Assembly (NCBI GenBank): GCA_965216785.1
Contig: OZ244197.1
Coordinates: 192,001-256,000 of the forward strand
Direction: 5' to 3'
Origin: Thermodesulfobacteriota bacterium
Lineage (GTDB): Bacteria > Desulfobacterota_D > UBA1144 > Nemesobacterales > UBA2774
DNA length: 64,000 nt
Shown here: in pieces, positions 29,818 through 39,710 of the stretch
Layout of the letters: each line of letters begins with the position of its first letter
Position numbering within the stretch: position 1 is the stretch's first letter
The notes under the pieces: model-generated
Seen by the model: only the letters and a program-made list of their open reading frames with translations
Told to the model about the DNA's origin: nothing
Databases searched by the model: none
Made by a program: the position numbers and the translations under genes

Positions 29818-31500
29818 TTAAAAATATCCCGGGTCAGTGTACACTCCGTACACTTCCCTGAACACGTCGCTGATCTCTCCAAGGGTCGCGTATTCTCTTA
29901 CGGCCTCAATTATCGAAGGCATGAGATTTTGGCCTTCCCTTGCGGCTAAGACTATGCATTGGAGCCTCTTAGCTACAGCCCCGTTGTCCCTCTCGTTCTT
30001 TAAACGTCTGAGCTTCTCGCTCTGTCCGTGCTCAACCGCCTCATCTATCTTCAGCGTGGGGATATTCACTTCTTCATCCGCAGAGCAATACTTATTGACC
30101 CCGACAATAGTTTTTATTCCGGTGTCCAGCTCCCGCTGGTATTTATAAGCGGAGTCGGCAATCTCCTTTTGGGGATACCCGTCTTGAATCGCGTTTATGA
30201 TACCGCCCATTGAGTCTATTGTCTCTATATACTCGGTAGCCTCTTTCTCTATCCTGTCCGTCAGGGATTCTATCAGATAACTCCCGCCCAGAGGATCAAT
30301 TGAATTTGTGACGCCGCTCTCTTCAGCGATGATCTGCTGGGTCCTTAGGGCAACCGTAACAGCTTCTTCCGTAGGGAGCGCCAGGGTTTCGTCCATTGAA
30401 TTGGTGTGAAGGGACTGAGTGCCCCCCAGCACGGCGGCAAGGGCCTGTATGGTTACCCTTGCAACATTGTTCACGGGCTGCTGCGCCGTCAGGCTCGCAC
30501 CTGCTGTCTGAGCATGGGTTTTTAATAGACAGGATTTTGGATCGTTTACACCGAAACGCTCGCGCATGATAGTGGCCCACATCCTTCTGGCCGCTCTGAA
30601 TTTGGCCACTTCTTCCAAGAAATCGTTATGTACGTTAAAAAAGAAAGAAAGCCTCGGAGCGAACTGATCGACATCAACTCCCCTCTTGATCGCCTCTTCA
30701 ACGTAGCATATGCCGTCCGCGAGCGTGAACGCCAGCTCCTGTACCGCAGTTGAGCCGGCTTCACGGATATGATACCCAGAGATCGAAACAGGATGCCATC
30801 CCGGAACCTCGTTTGCGCAAAACTCCATTACATCCACGACTATCTTTACCGAGGGGCGTGGAGGTGAAATCCACTCTCTCTGAGCTATGAACTCTTTTAA
30901 CATATCGTTCTGTAGAGTTCCCCGGAGCTTGTCTCTACTGACGCCTTTCTTTTCGGCCATAACAATATACATAGCGAAGATGATTGCCGCAGTGCAGTTT
31001 ACCGTCATAGAAGTGGTTATCTTCTCAAGGTCTATCCCGTCGAAAAGCGCTTCCATATCGGCTAGAGATGACACAGACACTCCTTCCCTGCCGACTTCAC
31101 CCCTCGAGCGCTCGTGGTCGCTGTCATAGCCCATGAGGGTCGGCATATCGAATGCTGTGCTGAGGCCCGTCTGCCCCTGCCCTAAGAGGTATTTAAACCT
31201 CTGATTGGTATCTTCCGGGGTGCCGAACCCTGCGAATTGGCGCATGGTCCAGAAACGCCCCCGGTACATGGAGCTGTGTATTCCTCTTGTGTACGGGTAG
31301 GAGCCCGGGAACCCAAGGTCTTTTGAATAGTCAAACCCCTTAAGCTCGAGCGGAGTTACTAGAGGGTCAATCTCCATTCCGGAGATGGTGGTAAACTCAC
31401 CATCCCTTTTGGAAGCTTTTTCATACTCACTCTTCCAGCGCTCTTTCTCATATCTAATCTTGTCACTGCTGCTGTTATCTGCGCGCATATTAAACAACAC
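29818..31500 (-). CDS. Acyl-CoA mutase large subunit (methylmalonyl-CoA mutase family, isobutyryl-CoA mutase-type specificity residues)
   Basis: [49 protein letters not shown]. Confidence 0.93.
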   Translation of the reverse strand: MLFNMRADNSSSDKIRYEKERWKSEYEKASKRDGEFTTISGMEIDPLVTPLELKGFDYSKDLGFPGSYPYTRGIHSSMYRGRFWTMRQFAGFGTPEDTNQRFKYLLGQGQTGLSTAFDMPTLMGYDSDHERSRGEVGREGVSVSSLADMEALFDGIDLEKITTSMTVNCTAAIIFAMYIVMAEKKGVSRDKLRGTLQNDMLKEFIAQREWISPPRPSVKIVVDVMEFCANEVPGWHPVSISGYHIREAGSTAVQELAFTLADGICYVEEAIKRGVDVDQFAPRLSFFFNVHNDFLEEVAKFRAARRMWATIMRERFGVNDPKSCLLKTHAQTAGASLTAQQPVNNVARVTIQALAAVLGGTQSLHTNSMDETLALPTEEAVTVALRTQQIIAEESGVTNSIDPLGGSYLIESLTDRIEKEATEYIETIDSMGGIINAIQDGYPQKEIADSAYKYQRELDTGIKTIVGVNKYCSADEEVNIPTLKIDEAVEHGQSEKLRRLKNERDNGAVAKRLQCIVLAAREGQNLMPSIIEAVREYATLGEISDVFREVYGVYTDPGYF

Positions 31501-31543
31501 CTTTTTCTAAGGATTACTGTGCTTAAACCCATCTAAGCATTAA

Positions 31544-31601
31544 ACTGAACGAGCGTTCAGTCAGCATCCATAGACTAACATAAACTGCTCTTAAATGTCA
31601 A
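31544..31601 (-). promoter_or_regulatory. Sigma70 promoter plus palindromic operator (probable TetR site) for the mutase operon
   Basis: Minus strand TTGACA-18 nt-TAGTCT with extended TG; inverted repeat ACTGAACG-AG-CGTTCAGT at 31544-31561 just downstream. Confidence 0.7.
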
Positions 31602-31649
31602 GATTCTCTCTTGCTTGATTATGTGTTAAAGCTATAGAGCTGGAATTGA

Positions 31650-32276
31650 CTAAGAAGTAAGCTCGCTTAATAAACTTGCGCTCTGCGCCTCTATGTATGC
31701 ATCCAGAGTGTAGTGTTTTTGGAGCACCCACCTTCTGAACGCCCACATCTGTCCGAGCACCATAATATTGTGCGCGAAAAGACCTGCCTGTGCCTTATCA
31801 ATGTTAAAGCTGCCGTCCTCGATGCCGCGCAGGAGAATCTCTTCGAAAATATCGGTCATCTCTTCTTCTGCCTTAAAAATATATTTTCTTGCGTCGCGTG
31901 AAAGGGACTTTGTTTCCTGATAAAGAAAGATAAGATAATCCTGCATCTCATCTATCATTCTGTAATAGGTATCTATAGCGCCTTTAAGCGTTTTCACACT
32001 GTCGGGGGTAATCTCAAGAGCGGGTCTTACCCGCTGCCCGAAACTTGTGTGGATATAATCACAAACCAGATATAAGATATCTTCCTTAGTCCTTATGTAC
32101 TCGTAGAGAGTGCCGACGCTCATCCCGAACTTGCGCGCGATTTCGCGCACGGTCGTCTTATGAAAGCCCTTTTGCACAAACAGGTCCACAGCTGCCTTTA
32201 CAATCTCCATCCTGCGGAGCTCTATAAGGTCTTTATCCTTAACCTGAGTTTCTATTTTTTTGAAAGACCTTTCCAT
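31650..32276 (-). CDS. TetR/AcrR family transcriptional regulator
   Basis: AAVDLFVQKGFHKTTVREIA...SVGTLYEYIRTKEDIL HTH. Confidence 0.93.
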   Translation of the reverse strand: MERSFKKIETQVKDKDLIELRRMEIVKAAVDLFVQKGFHKTTVREIARKFGMSVGTLYEYIRTKEDILYLVCDYIHTSFGQRVRPALEITPDSVKTLKGAIDTYYRMIDEMQDYLIFLYQETKSLSRDARKYIFKAEEEMTDIFEEILLRGIEDGSFNIDKAQAGLFAHNIMVLGQMWAFRRWVLQKHYTLDAYIEAQSASLLSELTS

Positions 32277-32429
32277 ACTGGTTCCTTATCCGCGCTCTGC
32301 AGGCAGCCGCGGAGCCTGGATTTGAATATAGGTATATTGTAACAGAAATGAGAGATGATTGAATTAAGGTCTAAAGAGTAATAATAAACAGCTCAACCTT
32401 CCTTAAACAACCAAACACTAGTATTTTGT

Positions 32430-33299
32430 TTACATCGGATCCATCATCTCTGGAGGAGGCTCTACTGATTGACTAATGCTAAAGGAAGCTTCCACTATTA
32501 AGTCCTCCATCGGAGGTATGGGGCATATAGCGGCCAGTTCCGGAGGTATCTCAAGCACTAATCTGGCCGTTATGACCTGGGTTCCACCAGCTCCAATGAA
32601 TGCATTATATTGCACGAAAAACTCCCCTGCTTCTACACTCCCACTCACAACAGGGAATACCATACCATCCATGCCACCTGTAAAGAAACCGAGCCCGGGG
32701 TTGCTGAGAGACACTTCAACTTCCGTACCCGGCTTAATACCAACTGTGGTAAAAACAAGCGTCACGAACACGGGTTGGGCATTAGGATCTTGAGAATTCG
32801 GAACATCAATATCTGTATTTGCCGGAGCATTAATTCCCACACCCTGGAGTGTGATTGTGATAAAGTCAGATTCCGTATCGCCTTCTGGTGGGTTAATGGT
32901 AGCCGAAATGTTAACAGTAGCTGTCTCATCAACACCTATGAGAATACCGGCTAGGTAGTTTACAAAAGCAACGTCGTCAAAAACAAACGGGCTCGCATCG
33001 AAAAGGCACCCTCTGAGTACAGGAGGTAGATCCGCTGAAAATGTGATTTCAAACTCGATCGGTGTACCGTCCTCTACAATCCCCGTATTGACCTGAATTA
33101 CAGAGTCACTGCAGCCGTTCCCGAAAAGCGTGCCAGGGTTGCCGCTAAGACCTATTATGGCTGTGTTAACCGGATTGTCCGAGACATTATTGTTTGAGAG
33201 ACTGTTCGAACAGCCCACAGCCGCTGCCAATGTTAATGACAAAACGAGAAACGAGAGCAGTTTTGTATATCTTGTTTTTAAGAATCTATTCATACTCAT
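32430..33299 (-). CDS. Hypothetical acidic lipoprotein, distal in the pilM-Q operon
   Basis: Lipobox AVGC; AAGGAGG RBS; beta-rich sequence. Confidence 0.7.
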   Translation of the reverse strand: MSMNRFLKTRYTKLLSFLVLSLTLAAAVGCSNSLSNNNVSDNPVNTAIIGLSGNPGTLFGNGCSDSVIQVNTGIVEDGTPIEFEITFSADLPPVLRGCLFDASPFVFDDVAFVNYLAGILIGVDETATVNISATINPPEGDTESDFITITLQGVGINAPANTDIDVPNSQDPNAQPVFVTLVFTTVGIKPGTEVEVSLSNPGLGFFTGGMDGMVFPVVSGSVEAGEFFVQYNAFIGAGGTQVITARLVLEIPPELAAICPIPPMEDLIVEASFSISQSVEPPPEMMDPM

Positions 33300-33335
33300 A
33301 AGGAATTATTCCTCCTTCTTGGAATAGTAACAATA

Positions 33336-33899
33336 TTAGTTGTTGTCGGCATTTACCGTAAATTCAACTATCTCTATGGCTCCGCTGTCAGTTGAGGCAG
33401 CCAAAGTCGCAGGGTCGATAACCCTGTCTCCGCTGACCAGAATTACTACGAAAGCTACTCCACGGTTATCAGTAAGGACATCAAACGGAGAGTCTACGAA
33501 AGCGCCCATCGCAAACCATTCGCTAATCGGTGTTAACAGACACTGCTGGGGCGAGCAGGCGTTGTTATTTACAAGCTGAAGCGCTCTCGCGTCGCTCACG
33601 CCGTCCCCGTTTGTATCTACGACCAATGAGTTCTCACCCGCAAACGAAAGGTCCCAAAACACTCTGACATCGTTTATGGGGTCGCCTTCCTCGTTCAGCA
33701 CTATAGCCTGTATCCTCATAGGTTCTAAGGAATTCGGAGGTATATTTATATCCGACGGCGGTTGAAGAATTGTAATTTCCGAGCCGAACGGTGCAAAAGC
33801 AGGGTTTGAGCCCCCGCATCCGTAAAACACCGCGCCCGCTATAAACAAGCAAACTAAAACAGCTGGGAATAATGCTTTACCTATTATATTCTTATTCAT
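33336..33899 (-). CDS. Hypothetical lipoprotein, possibly Ig-like, directly after pilQ
   Basis: ATG 33899 with GGAGG RBS; lipobox FYGC; DTNGDG possible Ca-binding loop. Confidence 0.7.
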   Translation of the reverse strand: MNKNIIGKALFPAVLVCLFIAGAVFYGCGGSNPAFAPFGSEITILQPPSDINIPPNSLEPMRIQAIVLNEEGDPINDVRVFWDLSFAGENSLVVDTNGDGVSDARALQLVNNNACSPQQCLLTPISEWFAMGAFVDSPFDVLTDNRGVAFVVILVSGDRVIDPATLAASTDSGAIEIVEFTVNADNN

Positions 33900-33929
33900 C
33901 TCATCATCCTCCTGTTTAATAAAACACAA

Positions 33930-35807
33930 CTACCTAATTATCCTTGGAGTTATAAACACTATGAGCTCCCTTCTTTCGTCGTTCCTGACATTCCTTTCAA
34001 AAAGCCAGCCGAACAGAGGAAGCCTTGAGAACCAAGGAATGCTGTTGTTCGTATCACTCAGACGTTTTGTGAATATACCGCCAATAACGATCGTCTGACC
34101 GTCACCCGCGAGCACCTGCGTTGTAGCCTCGTTCCTTCTGATACTAGGCTGGTCGCCCGCTCCCGTGACAGACTCGTCAGGAGCGTTATCCGTAACTGTA
34201 ATTTCCATTAATATCCTGTCGTCGTTCGTAACCTGAGGAGTTACCGAGAGTCTTAGCGTAGCATCCACAAACTGAGTCTGCGTACCTGCCGCTGAGACAC
34301 TCAGAAACGGTATTGAAACACCCTGTTCGATCCTGGCAGGGGTATTATCCAGGGTTAGTACCTTTGGAGAGGACAGTACGCGTCCTTCTCCCCTGTTTTC
34401 AAGAGCGGACAGCCTGAGGTCAAGGTCGTATGCTCCGGTAAGACTCCCGAGCACAATACCCACAACACCACCAGCGCCGGTACCGGCTGCGGCCGGTAGG
34501 TCCACAATGAAGTTATCAGCAGTTGTACCGAAGGGGCCTGAAGTAGATGTACCACCGATCTCAACATCGGATGGGAATGTAGCGCCCGTTGGGTTTCCTG
34601 TCGCTGCAGACGCCCTGTAGTTAAATCCCCACTGCACACCGAGATCCCTTGTGAAATCCAGAGTCGCCTGCACAATCCTAGACTCTATCAGAACCTGCGG
34701 GGTCCTGGTATCGAGGTCCTCAATGAGCTCCTCAATCTGTCTAACTCTGAGCCCTGTGTCGGTGACTAGAACGCTATTGGTACGGGTATCCACCCTTAAG
34801 TCGCCTCTCGGGCTTAGAAGAGGCTCAACCAACGGTATAAGCTCTTCGGCGCTTGCGTAGTTTATAAATACCTGCTCTGTAGAAAGAGGCTCCAGCTCTT
34901 CCTTGGACTGGGCTGCGCGCCTAACGGCTTGCTGTCTTGCCTGGAGCGTGCCGAGAGGTGCTACTCTCATTACGTTACCTTCGATGAATGCTCCGAGACC
35001 CGCATCTTCAAGTATTACATCAAGCGCTTGGTCCCAGGGTACATTGGTCAGCTTAAGGGTAACCGTACCTGCAACATTCCTCGCAATAATCATATTGAAT
35101 CCACTTATATCCGCTATAATCCTGAGCACATCTCTTATGTCCGCATCCTTAAAGTCAAAAGATACGAGCTGTCCACGGTAAGTTTTTGTTGCGCCCGGAA
35201 TGGTCGTAAGTCTGAAGTCAAACGCGTAGAGGTCTTCCTCGCTGACTTCGACTTCCACCTCTTCTACCTCTTCACTTGCTTGCTGCGCGCGCGATTCACC
35301 CAGGCTCAGAGTAATGGTGTTCCCGTCCTGGGATATGTCTACCTCTACATCTTCATATTTAAGCTCGACAACCACAATGACATCGCTCGCTTTGATAGGA
35401 TCCCGGAACGAAGAGATGAAATTAATAGGGCTATCGAAATCACTCACGTCCCGCGAGACTTGAAATTTCTCGGCAAGTATAACGTCTTTAATCTTGAGGC
35501 TTACCTTTTTCTTTTCTTCGGTCAGCCTTTCATATTGAACGGGTCTTGAAGTGCCGACTGTGACGATTCCCAAGCCCTGATTGACTTCGAACCCTATATT
35601 TTCAAGGGAATTGGGAGAGCTTCCCGGCGTTGCTTGCGCAAGCACTGCCGAAGCCTGCTCCCCAGTGCCCGGGGCATTAATATACATACCGGCACTAGAA
35701 AGAACTCGGCTATCTTTAATGTTTTGAGATTGACTTCCTGCTGCCTGAGAAATAGGTATATATATGCAGAATAAAAGCAATATACTCAATATGTATATAA
35801 ATCTCAT
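33930..35807 (-). CDS. pilQ: Type IV pilus secretin PilQ
   Basis: AMIN-like N-terminus, SFDFKDADIRDVLR, VPWDQALD, PQVLIESRIV, ELIVFITPRII; ATG 35807 with GGAGG RBS. Confidence 0.95.
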   Translation of the reverse strand: MRFIYILSILLLFCIYIPISQAAGSQSQNIKDSRVLSSAGMYINAPGTGEQASAVLAQATPGSSPNSLENIGFEVNQGLGIVTVGTSRPVQYERLTEEKKKVSLKIKDVILAEKFQVSRDVSDFDSPINFISSFRDPIKASDVIVVVELKYEDVEVDISQDGNTITLSLGESRAQQASEEVEEVEVEVSEEDLYAFDFRLTTIPGATKTYRGQLVSFDFKDADIRDVLRIIADISGFNMIIARNVAGTVTLKLTNVPWDQALDVILEDAGLGAFIEGNVMRVAPLGTLQARQQAVRRAAQSKEELEPLSTEQVFINYASAEELIPLVEPLLSPRGDLRVDTRTNSVLVTDTGLRVRQIEELIEDLDTRTPQVLIESRIVQATLDFTRDLGVQWGFNYRASAATGNPTGATFPSDVEIGGTSTSGPFGTTADNFIVDLPAAAGTGAGGVVGIVLGSLTGAYDLDLRLSALENRGEGRVLSSPKVLTLDNTPARIEQGVSIPFLSVSAAGTQTQFVDATLRLSVTPQVTNDDRILMEITVTDNAPDESVTGAGDQPSIRRNEATTQVLAGDGQTIVIGGIFTKRLSDTNNSIPWFSRLPLFGWLFERNVRNDERRELIVFITPRIIR

Positions 35808-35863
35808 CTCACCATCCTCCTTATCTTCATCATCCACAAAATAACATATCCCTGTTATAAATA

Positions 35864-36589
35864 TTAATTCTGAAAAGCAAGTACCGATCTCTTAACTTCG
35901 GTCCTTACCTCGCCATAAACATTTTCAAGCTTTGTCTTTTCCTGCACTAAAATCCCGCTCTCTCTAACTTCCAGTATTTCTCCGTCTTTATTGCCGATCT
36001 TATCCCCTACACCTAAAAAATATGTATTTGTCTCAGGGTCTACTATCATGGCTTTTGGTTCGTTTCCAATCCAAATAATTCCCGCAAGCCTGAAACTGTT
36101 TAACGGGTAGCGTCTTATAGGCGGCCTCACAATTGGAAGCGGACTCGAAGGTCTGTCGACAAGTCTTATGAATGGCTTGAAGGGATCGCGCATTCCCGTT
36201 GAGTCGTAACGTGGTTTTTCAGGGGGTCTAAGTGAATCTCCTCTTGGAAGCCCTTCTACCTGTTTATTAGTAGTATCCTGAGTCTCCGGCTGAGATTGAT
36301 TTGTCTGGGCTTCATTCCCAGGGTCAGCCTCAGCGCTATTTTCTACTTGTGGATCGTCTGCAACTTCTTGAGGGTTATTTACTTCTTCAGCATTATCAGT
36401 GTCTATACGACCCTCTGCCTCTTGAATAGCTTTAAGACCGTCGCCTAAGGTATTTTCTTCGCCTTGCGGATTTACTTCCTCCTGTGAGAGCGCTTGGGTG
36501 AGCGGACACAGCAGTAAAATCGCTAACAATAAGAAAGCAGTATATATATTCGTCATCCTTTTCATCTCTTTCATGGCCCTGGGTCTCAT
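35864..36589 (-). CDS. pilP: Type IV pilus assembly protein PilP
   Basis: RDPFKPF, Y.L..FRLAGIIW...AMIVDP, VGDKIG; position between pilO and pilQ. Confidence 0.88.
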   Translation of the reverse strand: MRPRAMKEMKRMTNIYTAFLLLAILLLCPLTQALSQEEVNPQGEENTLGDGLKAIQEAEGRIDTDNAEEVNNPQEVADDPQVENSAEADPGNEAQTNQSQPETQDTTNKQVEGLPRGDSLRPPEKPRYDSTGMRDPFKPFIRLVDRPSSPLPIVRPPIRRYPLNSFRLAGIIWIGNEPKAMIVDPETNTYFLGVGDKIGNKDGEILEVRESGILVQEKTKLENVYGEVRTEVKRSVLAFQN

Positions 36590-36606
36590 TATTTCTATTT
36601 CACCTA

Positions 36607-37200
36607 TTAACCCGGCGGTGGTGGCGGCGGCGGTAGCAAGCGGAATGTAACTACGCTAAATTTCGCGTCGAGAATAGTGCCCCCTCCTTTAGCGCGCTCT
36701 AGATTAAGATTTCTAACATTAACGATTCTCGGAAGTCTCGATATTCGGTCAAAGAAATCAGCCAGGTTATAATAAGTACCAACTACCTGCATCTCAATCG
36801 GTATTTCTGCGTATATCTCTTTTGTAACCTGCGGCTTTGGAGCAAAAATGATTGAATCGAGACTTGAAGCCGATATCTCTTCATAAACACTATCAATTAA
36901 AGCCGGTATTTCTTTTTCCTTGGGAAGCTTGCTTGCAACGAGCTCAAATTCCTTTTGAAGGCGCGCGTTTTCAGCTTCGAACTTTGGCAGCTCTCTGGCG
37001 ATAGCCTCGTACTCGGATACCTGTTTTTCTACCTGGGCAGCTCTCGATGTAGCCCTTCTAATATCTTCGGACTTAGGGGACCAGTAAAAATACCAATACC
37101 CACCCGCTATTGCTAAGACCAAGAACACTAAGATACCGATCTTAACCTGATTGGTCTGCTCATTAATAGTGGAAACTAAATTTTGTATTGAGCTTAGCAT
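36607..37200 (-). CDS. pilO: Type IV pilus assembly protein PilO
   Basis: TM plus coiled coil, LPKEKEIPAL, YAEIPI, GTYYNLADFFDRISRLPRIVNV. Confidence 0.93.
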   Translation of the reverse strand: MLSSIQNLVSTINEQTNQVKIGILVFLVLAIAGGYWYFYWSPKSEDIRRATSRAAQVEKQVSEYEAIARELPKFEAENARLQKEFELVASKLPKEKEIPALIDSVYEEISASSLDSIIFAPKPQVTKEIYAEIPIEMQVVGTYYNLADFFDRISRLPRIVNVRNLNLERAKGGGTILDAKFSVVTFRLLPPPPPPPG

Positions 37201-37211
37201 TATTATTTGAC

Positions 37212-37805
37212 CTACTTCTTGTCTCCAACCTCGGAGTTTTGATCAGCCTTCTCCTGCTCATGGTTGCCCGTATAATCAAGTCTCGAGGTGATTACGAAGC
37301 TCCTTAAGTTCTGGTCGCGCAAGGAGGTCTTCTTTATTACTCCAAGCTCTACACCCGTGAAGTAAGGGGATTTTTGAAGCGCCTCCATAAAATCCGCAAC
37401 CGTAAATTCATTGTCGGCTATACCGCTTAATTTTGCGTTTAATCCACTCTCCGTAAATTCATCTATCCATGCTTTCCTGGGAATACCGTTACCAAGCGCG
37501 TCCATAACGTAGAGGGGCCCCGTGCGGTTACTTTCGAGCACTTTTATTATTTCTATTCTGCGGTTAAGCTCTGCGTTTCTGGCTTTAAAATCATCGACTT
37601 TCCTTTTAACTTCCTCAAGCTCCTGTATGCGTTTTTCCGCTTTGGCAATCCTCGAGTTTAGAGTATCCAGCTTTTTGTCCTGTAGAATATTAATAGCCGC
37701 AATCGCGGTAAAAAGCGCAACAAGGACAGCAAGGCCTATGAAAACCTGGCTGTATCCGCCGAAATCCTTCTTTGTTTCCTCTCCTAAAAGATTTACTCTA
37801 ATCAT
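37212..37805 (-). CDS. pilN: Type IV pilus assembly protein PilN
   Basis: MIRVNLL motif, TM, coiled coil, VADFMEALQKSPYF. Confidence 0.93.
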   Translation of the reverse strand: MIRVNLLGEETKKDFGGYSQVFIGLAVLVALFTAIAAINILQDKKLDTLNSRIAKAEKRIQELEEVKRKVDDFKARNAELNRRIEIIKVLESNRTGPLYVMDALGNGIPRKAWIDEFTESGLNAKLSGIADNEFTVADFMEALQKSPYFTGVELGVIKKTSLRDQNLRSFVITSRLDYTGNHEQEKADQNSEVGDKK

Positions 37806-38851
37806 TACTTATCACCCGGTTTCCTTAACGCAAGCCCCATTACTACGTTCATTTTCGGAGCTAAGTCCTCTAAATAATCGGGATCGAAATCACTCGTATC
37901 ATAGCTGATAGTCCTGAACGGATTCATCATTTCAACATCTGACTCAGTCATGTCCGTGAGCACTTCTATAAGCCCCGGGACTTTTGATGAGCCTCCGCCC
38001 AGCATGATAGCCTCTATCTTGCCTTTCCATAAAGTCGATGAAAAGAAATCCAGAGTCCTCTTAATTTCACCGCATATCAAATCTACGAAATCCTGAGATA
38101 TACGCTCTACCTGGGGATTCGGTTCTCCGGACATTAGCGTAAGTTTCATACTCTCGGCTTCTTCGAAACTGCAATCAAATTCCTTAATAATCCAATCCGT
38201 GAACTGATCACCGCCCACAGTTATGTCCCTCGTAAAAATCGAGACCCCGTCTTTGAGTATATTGATGTTAGTTACAGAAGCACCGATATTCACTAAAGCT
38301 AAAACACCCTGAGACTCCGCGTAATTTATTTCATACATGTTTTCAAGAGCGAAAACATCGACATCCACTACTACGGGGTTGAGACCAACTTCATTTACTA
38401 TTGAAATGTAGGAATTGGTGACGTCCTTCTTTGCCGCCACAATGAGAACATCGATATTGCCGTCAGGTGTTTCTCCCGGAATTACCTGATAGTCGTAGCT
38501 TACGTCCTGAATACTTTGAGGTATGTACTGCTCGAGCTCCCAAGGTATGGACTCTTTGAGCTCGTTATGAGACATGTTGGGCATGCTTACTTTTTTTATT
38601 ATTACCGAATGGCCTGAAATTGAGATGGCTACGTTTTTAGTTTTAATGCGCAGATCATCCATGAGAACTGACAATGTGTCTGCAACCGCATCGGGCTTTG
38701 TAATAACCTTATTTACAATAGACTGGTGAGGCAGCACAGCCTCTCCAACGTTCTTTAGCTGATGGCCTTTTTTAGTACTTTTAAGCTCTAAAACCTTGAT
38801 GGTATTAGAGCCTATGTCCAGTCCGACAACTCCCTTTCTACCTAAAAACAA
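37805..38851 (-). CDS. pilM: Type IV pilus assembly protein PilM
   Basis: GLDIGSNTIK, VNIGAS, LGGGSSK, GLALR; TTG start with GGGAGG RBS. Confidence 0.95.
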   Translation of the reverse strand: MFLGRKGVVGLDIGSNTIKVLELKSTKKGHQLKNVGEAVLPHQSIVNKVITKPDAVADTLSVLMDDLRIKTKNVAISISGHSVIIKKVSMPNMSHNELKESIPWELEQYIPQSIQDVSYDYQVIPGETPDGNIDVLIVAAKKDVTNSYISIVNEVGLNPVVVDVDVFALENMYEINYAESQGVLALVNIGASVTNINILKDGVSIFTRDITVGGDQFTDWIIKEFDCSFEEAESMKLTLMSGEPNPQVERISQDFVDLICGEIKRTLDFFSSTLWKGKIEAIMLGGGSSKVPGLIEVLTDMTESDVEMMNPFRTISYDTSDFDPDYLEDLAPKMNVVMGLALRKPGDK

Positions 38852-39117
38852 GTTATCCTCCCTACTTACACTACTTATTTAACCATCTTTTTTAACTATT
38901 TGCAATACCAAACCTCATAAATTTAAAATATCACTTTAATTGTTATCGTTACCGTGCTGCAATGGTTTGTTTTAACCTTTAGTATATAGTGGTCGTTTTA
39001 AAATACCGACTTAGTTTTATTTCAGGGCATAACTTAAGAAAGGGGCGGGTTCTTGGAAGTTGTTCAATCTTATTCTAACTATCTGTAATTGAACAACATT
39101 TTAATACATACTGTCTC

Positions 39118-39208
39118 CAACTTCGGTAACCCTGCCGTCCTAGACCAAGCCCTTAGACCGTCGGTTTTGCGTCCTGTACTTTCATACAGTATGCCACTTG
39201 TCGGTTAG
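39118..39208 (-). ncRNA. Cyclic di-GMP-I (GEMM-I) riboswitch aptamer upstream of pilM
   Basis: Minus strand CCGACAAGTGGCATACTGTATGAAAGTACAGGACGCAAAACCGACGGTCTAAGGGCTTGGTCTAGGACGGCAGGGTTACCGAAG: GAAA tetraloop P2, GACGCAAA, CTAA receptor, GGTTACCGA. Confidence 0.9.
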
Positions 39209-39228
39209 AAACTTATACCATAATTTGA

Positions 39229-39257
39229 AAAATACAGCTTAACTGCCTTTTTGTCAA
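39229..39257 (-). promoter_or_regulatory. Sigma70 promoter driving the riboswitch-pilMNOPQ transcript
   Basis: TTGACA-17 nt-TATTTT, about 20 nt upstream of the aptamer. Confidence 0.65.
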
Positions 39258-39323
39258 TACTTTTTTGGTTGGGAAGTATAGGTAATACTTTAAGGTATAC
39301 GTGAGAAAATTTGCCTTGACGCT

Positions 39324-39710
39324 TTAGGAAGGAGGCTGCAGATCCGCTTCATCCTCATAGTAAATTTCAACTTCCTTTGAGAATACATTCGCAGAATCAG
39401 CCTCGAGCGTCACGCTGAAAAACGCCCTTTCAGAGGGAAATAGCAAAAAGCCTGACCCTTCCTCAAATACTGAGACAGAGTTTGCTTCAAGAATATTTCC
39501 GTCCTGATCTTTTAAAACAATTACTACATATATGGAGCCTACAGCTTCATCCCCGTTATTGATAACAGCGCCGTTAAACTCAAGGTGGCCGTCACGGTCC
39601 ACGCTTTCAAGTATCGGGCCGTCAAGCGCAACCGTACCACTCTCGTTCGGGGTACCGCAACCCCAGCCTGCGAGTAAGAGAATTGTTAGAATTAAAATAT
39701 ATTTCTTCAT
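39324..39710 (-). CDS. Small lipoprotein, FxLYD-like Ig fold
   Basis: Lipobox GWGC; G.V.N.G....V..LKD.DG.IL...L.P.E...F pattern. Confidence 0.7.
   Translation of the reverse strand: MKKYILILTILLLAGWGCGTPNESGTVALDGPILESVDRDGHLEFNGAVINNGDEAVGSIYVVIVLKDQDGNILEANSVSVFEEGSGFLLFPSERAFFSVTLEADSANVFSKEVEIYYEDEADLQPPS

Noticed and set aside
29818-31500. Calling the mutase canonical methylmalonyl-CoA mutase (mutB/scpA)
   Set aside because: Specificity residues are Phe/Gln rather than Tyr/Arg, so the gene symbol is withheld
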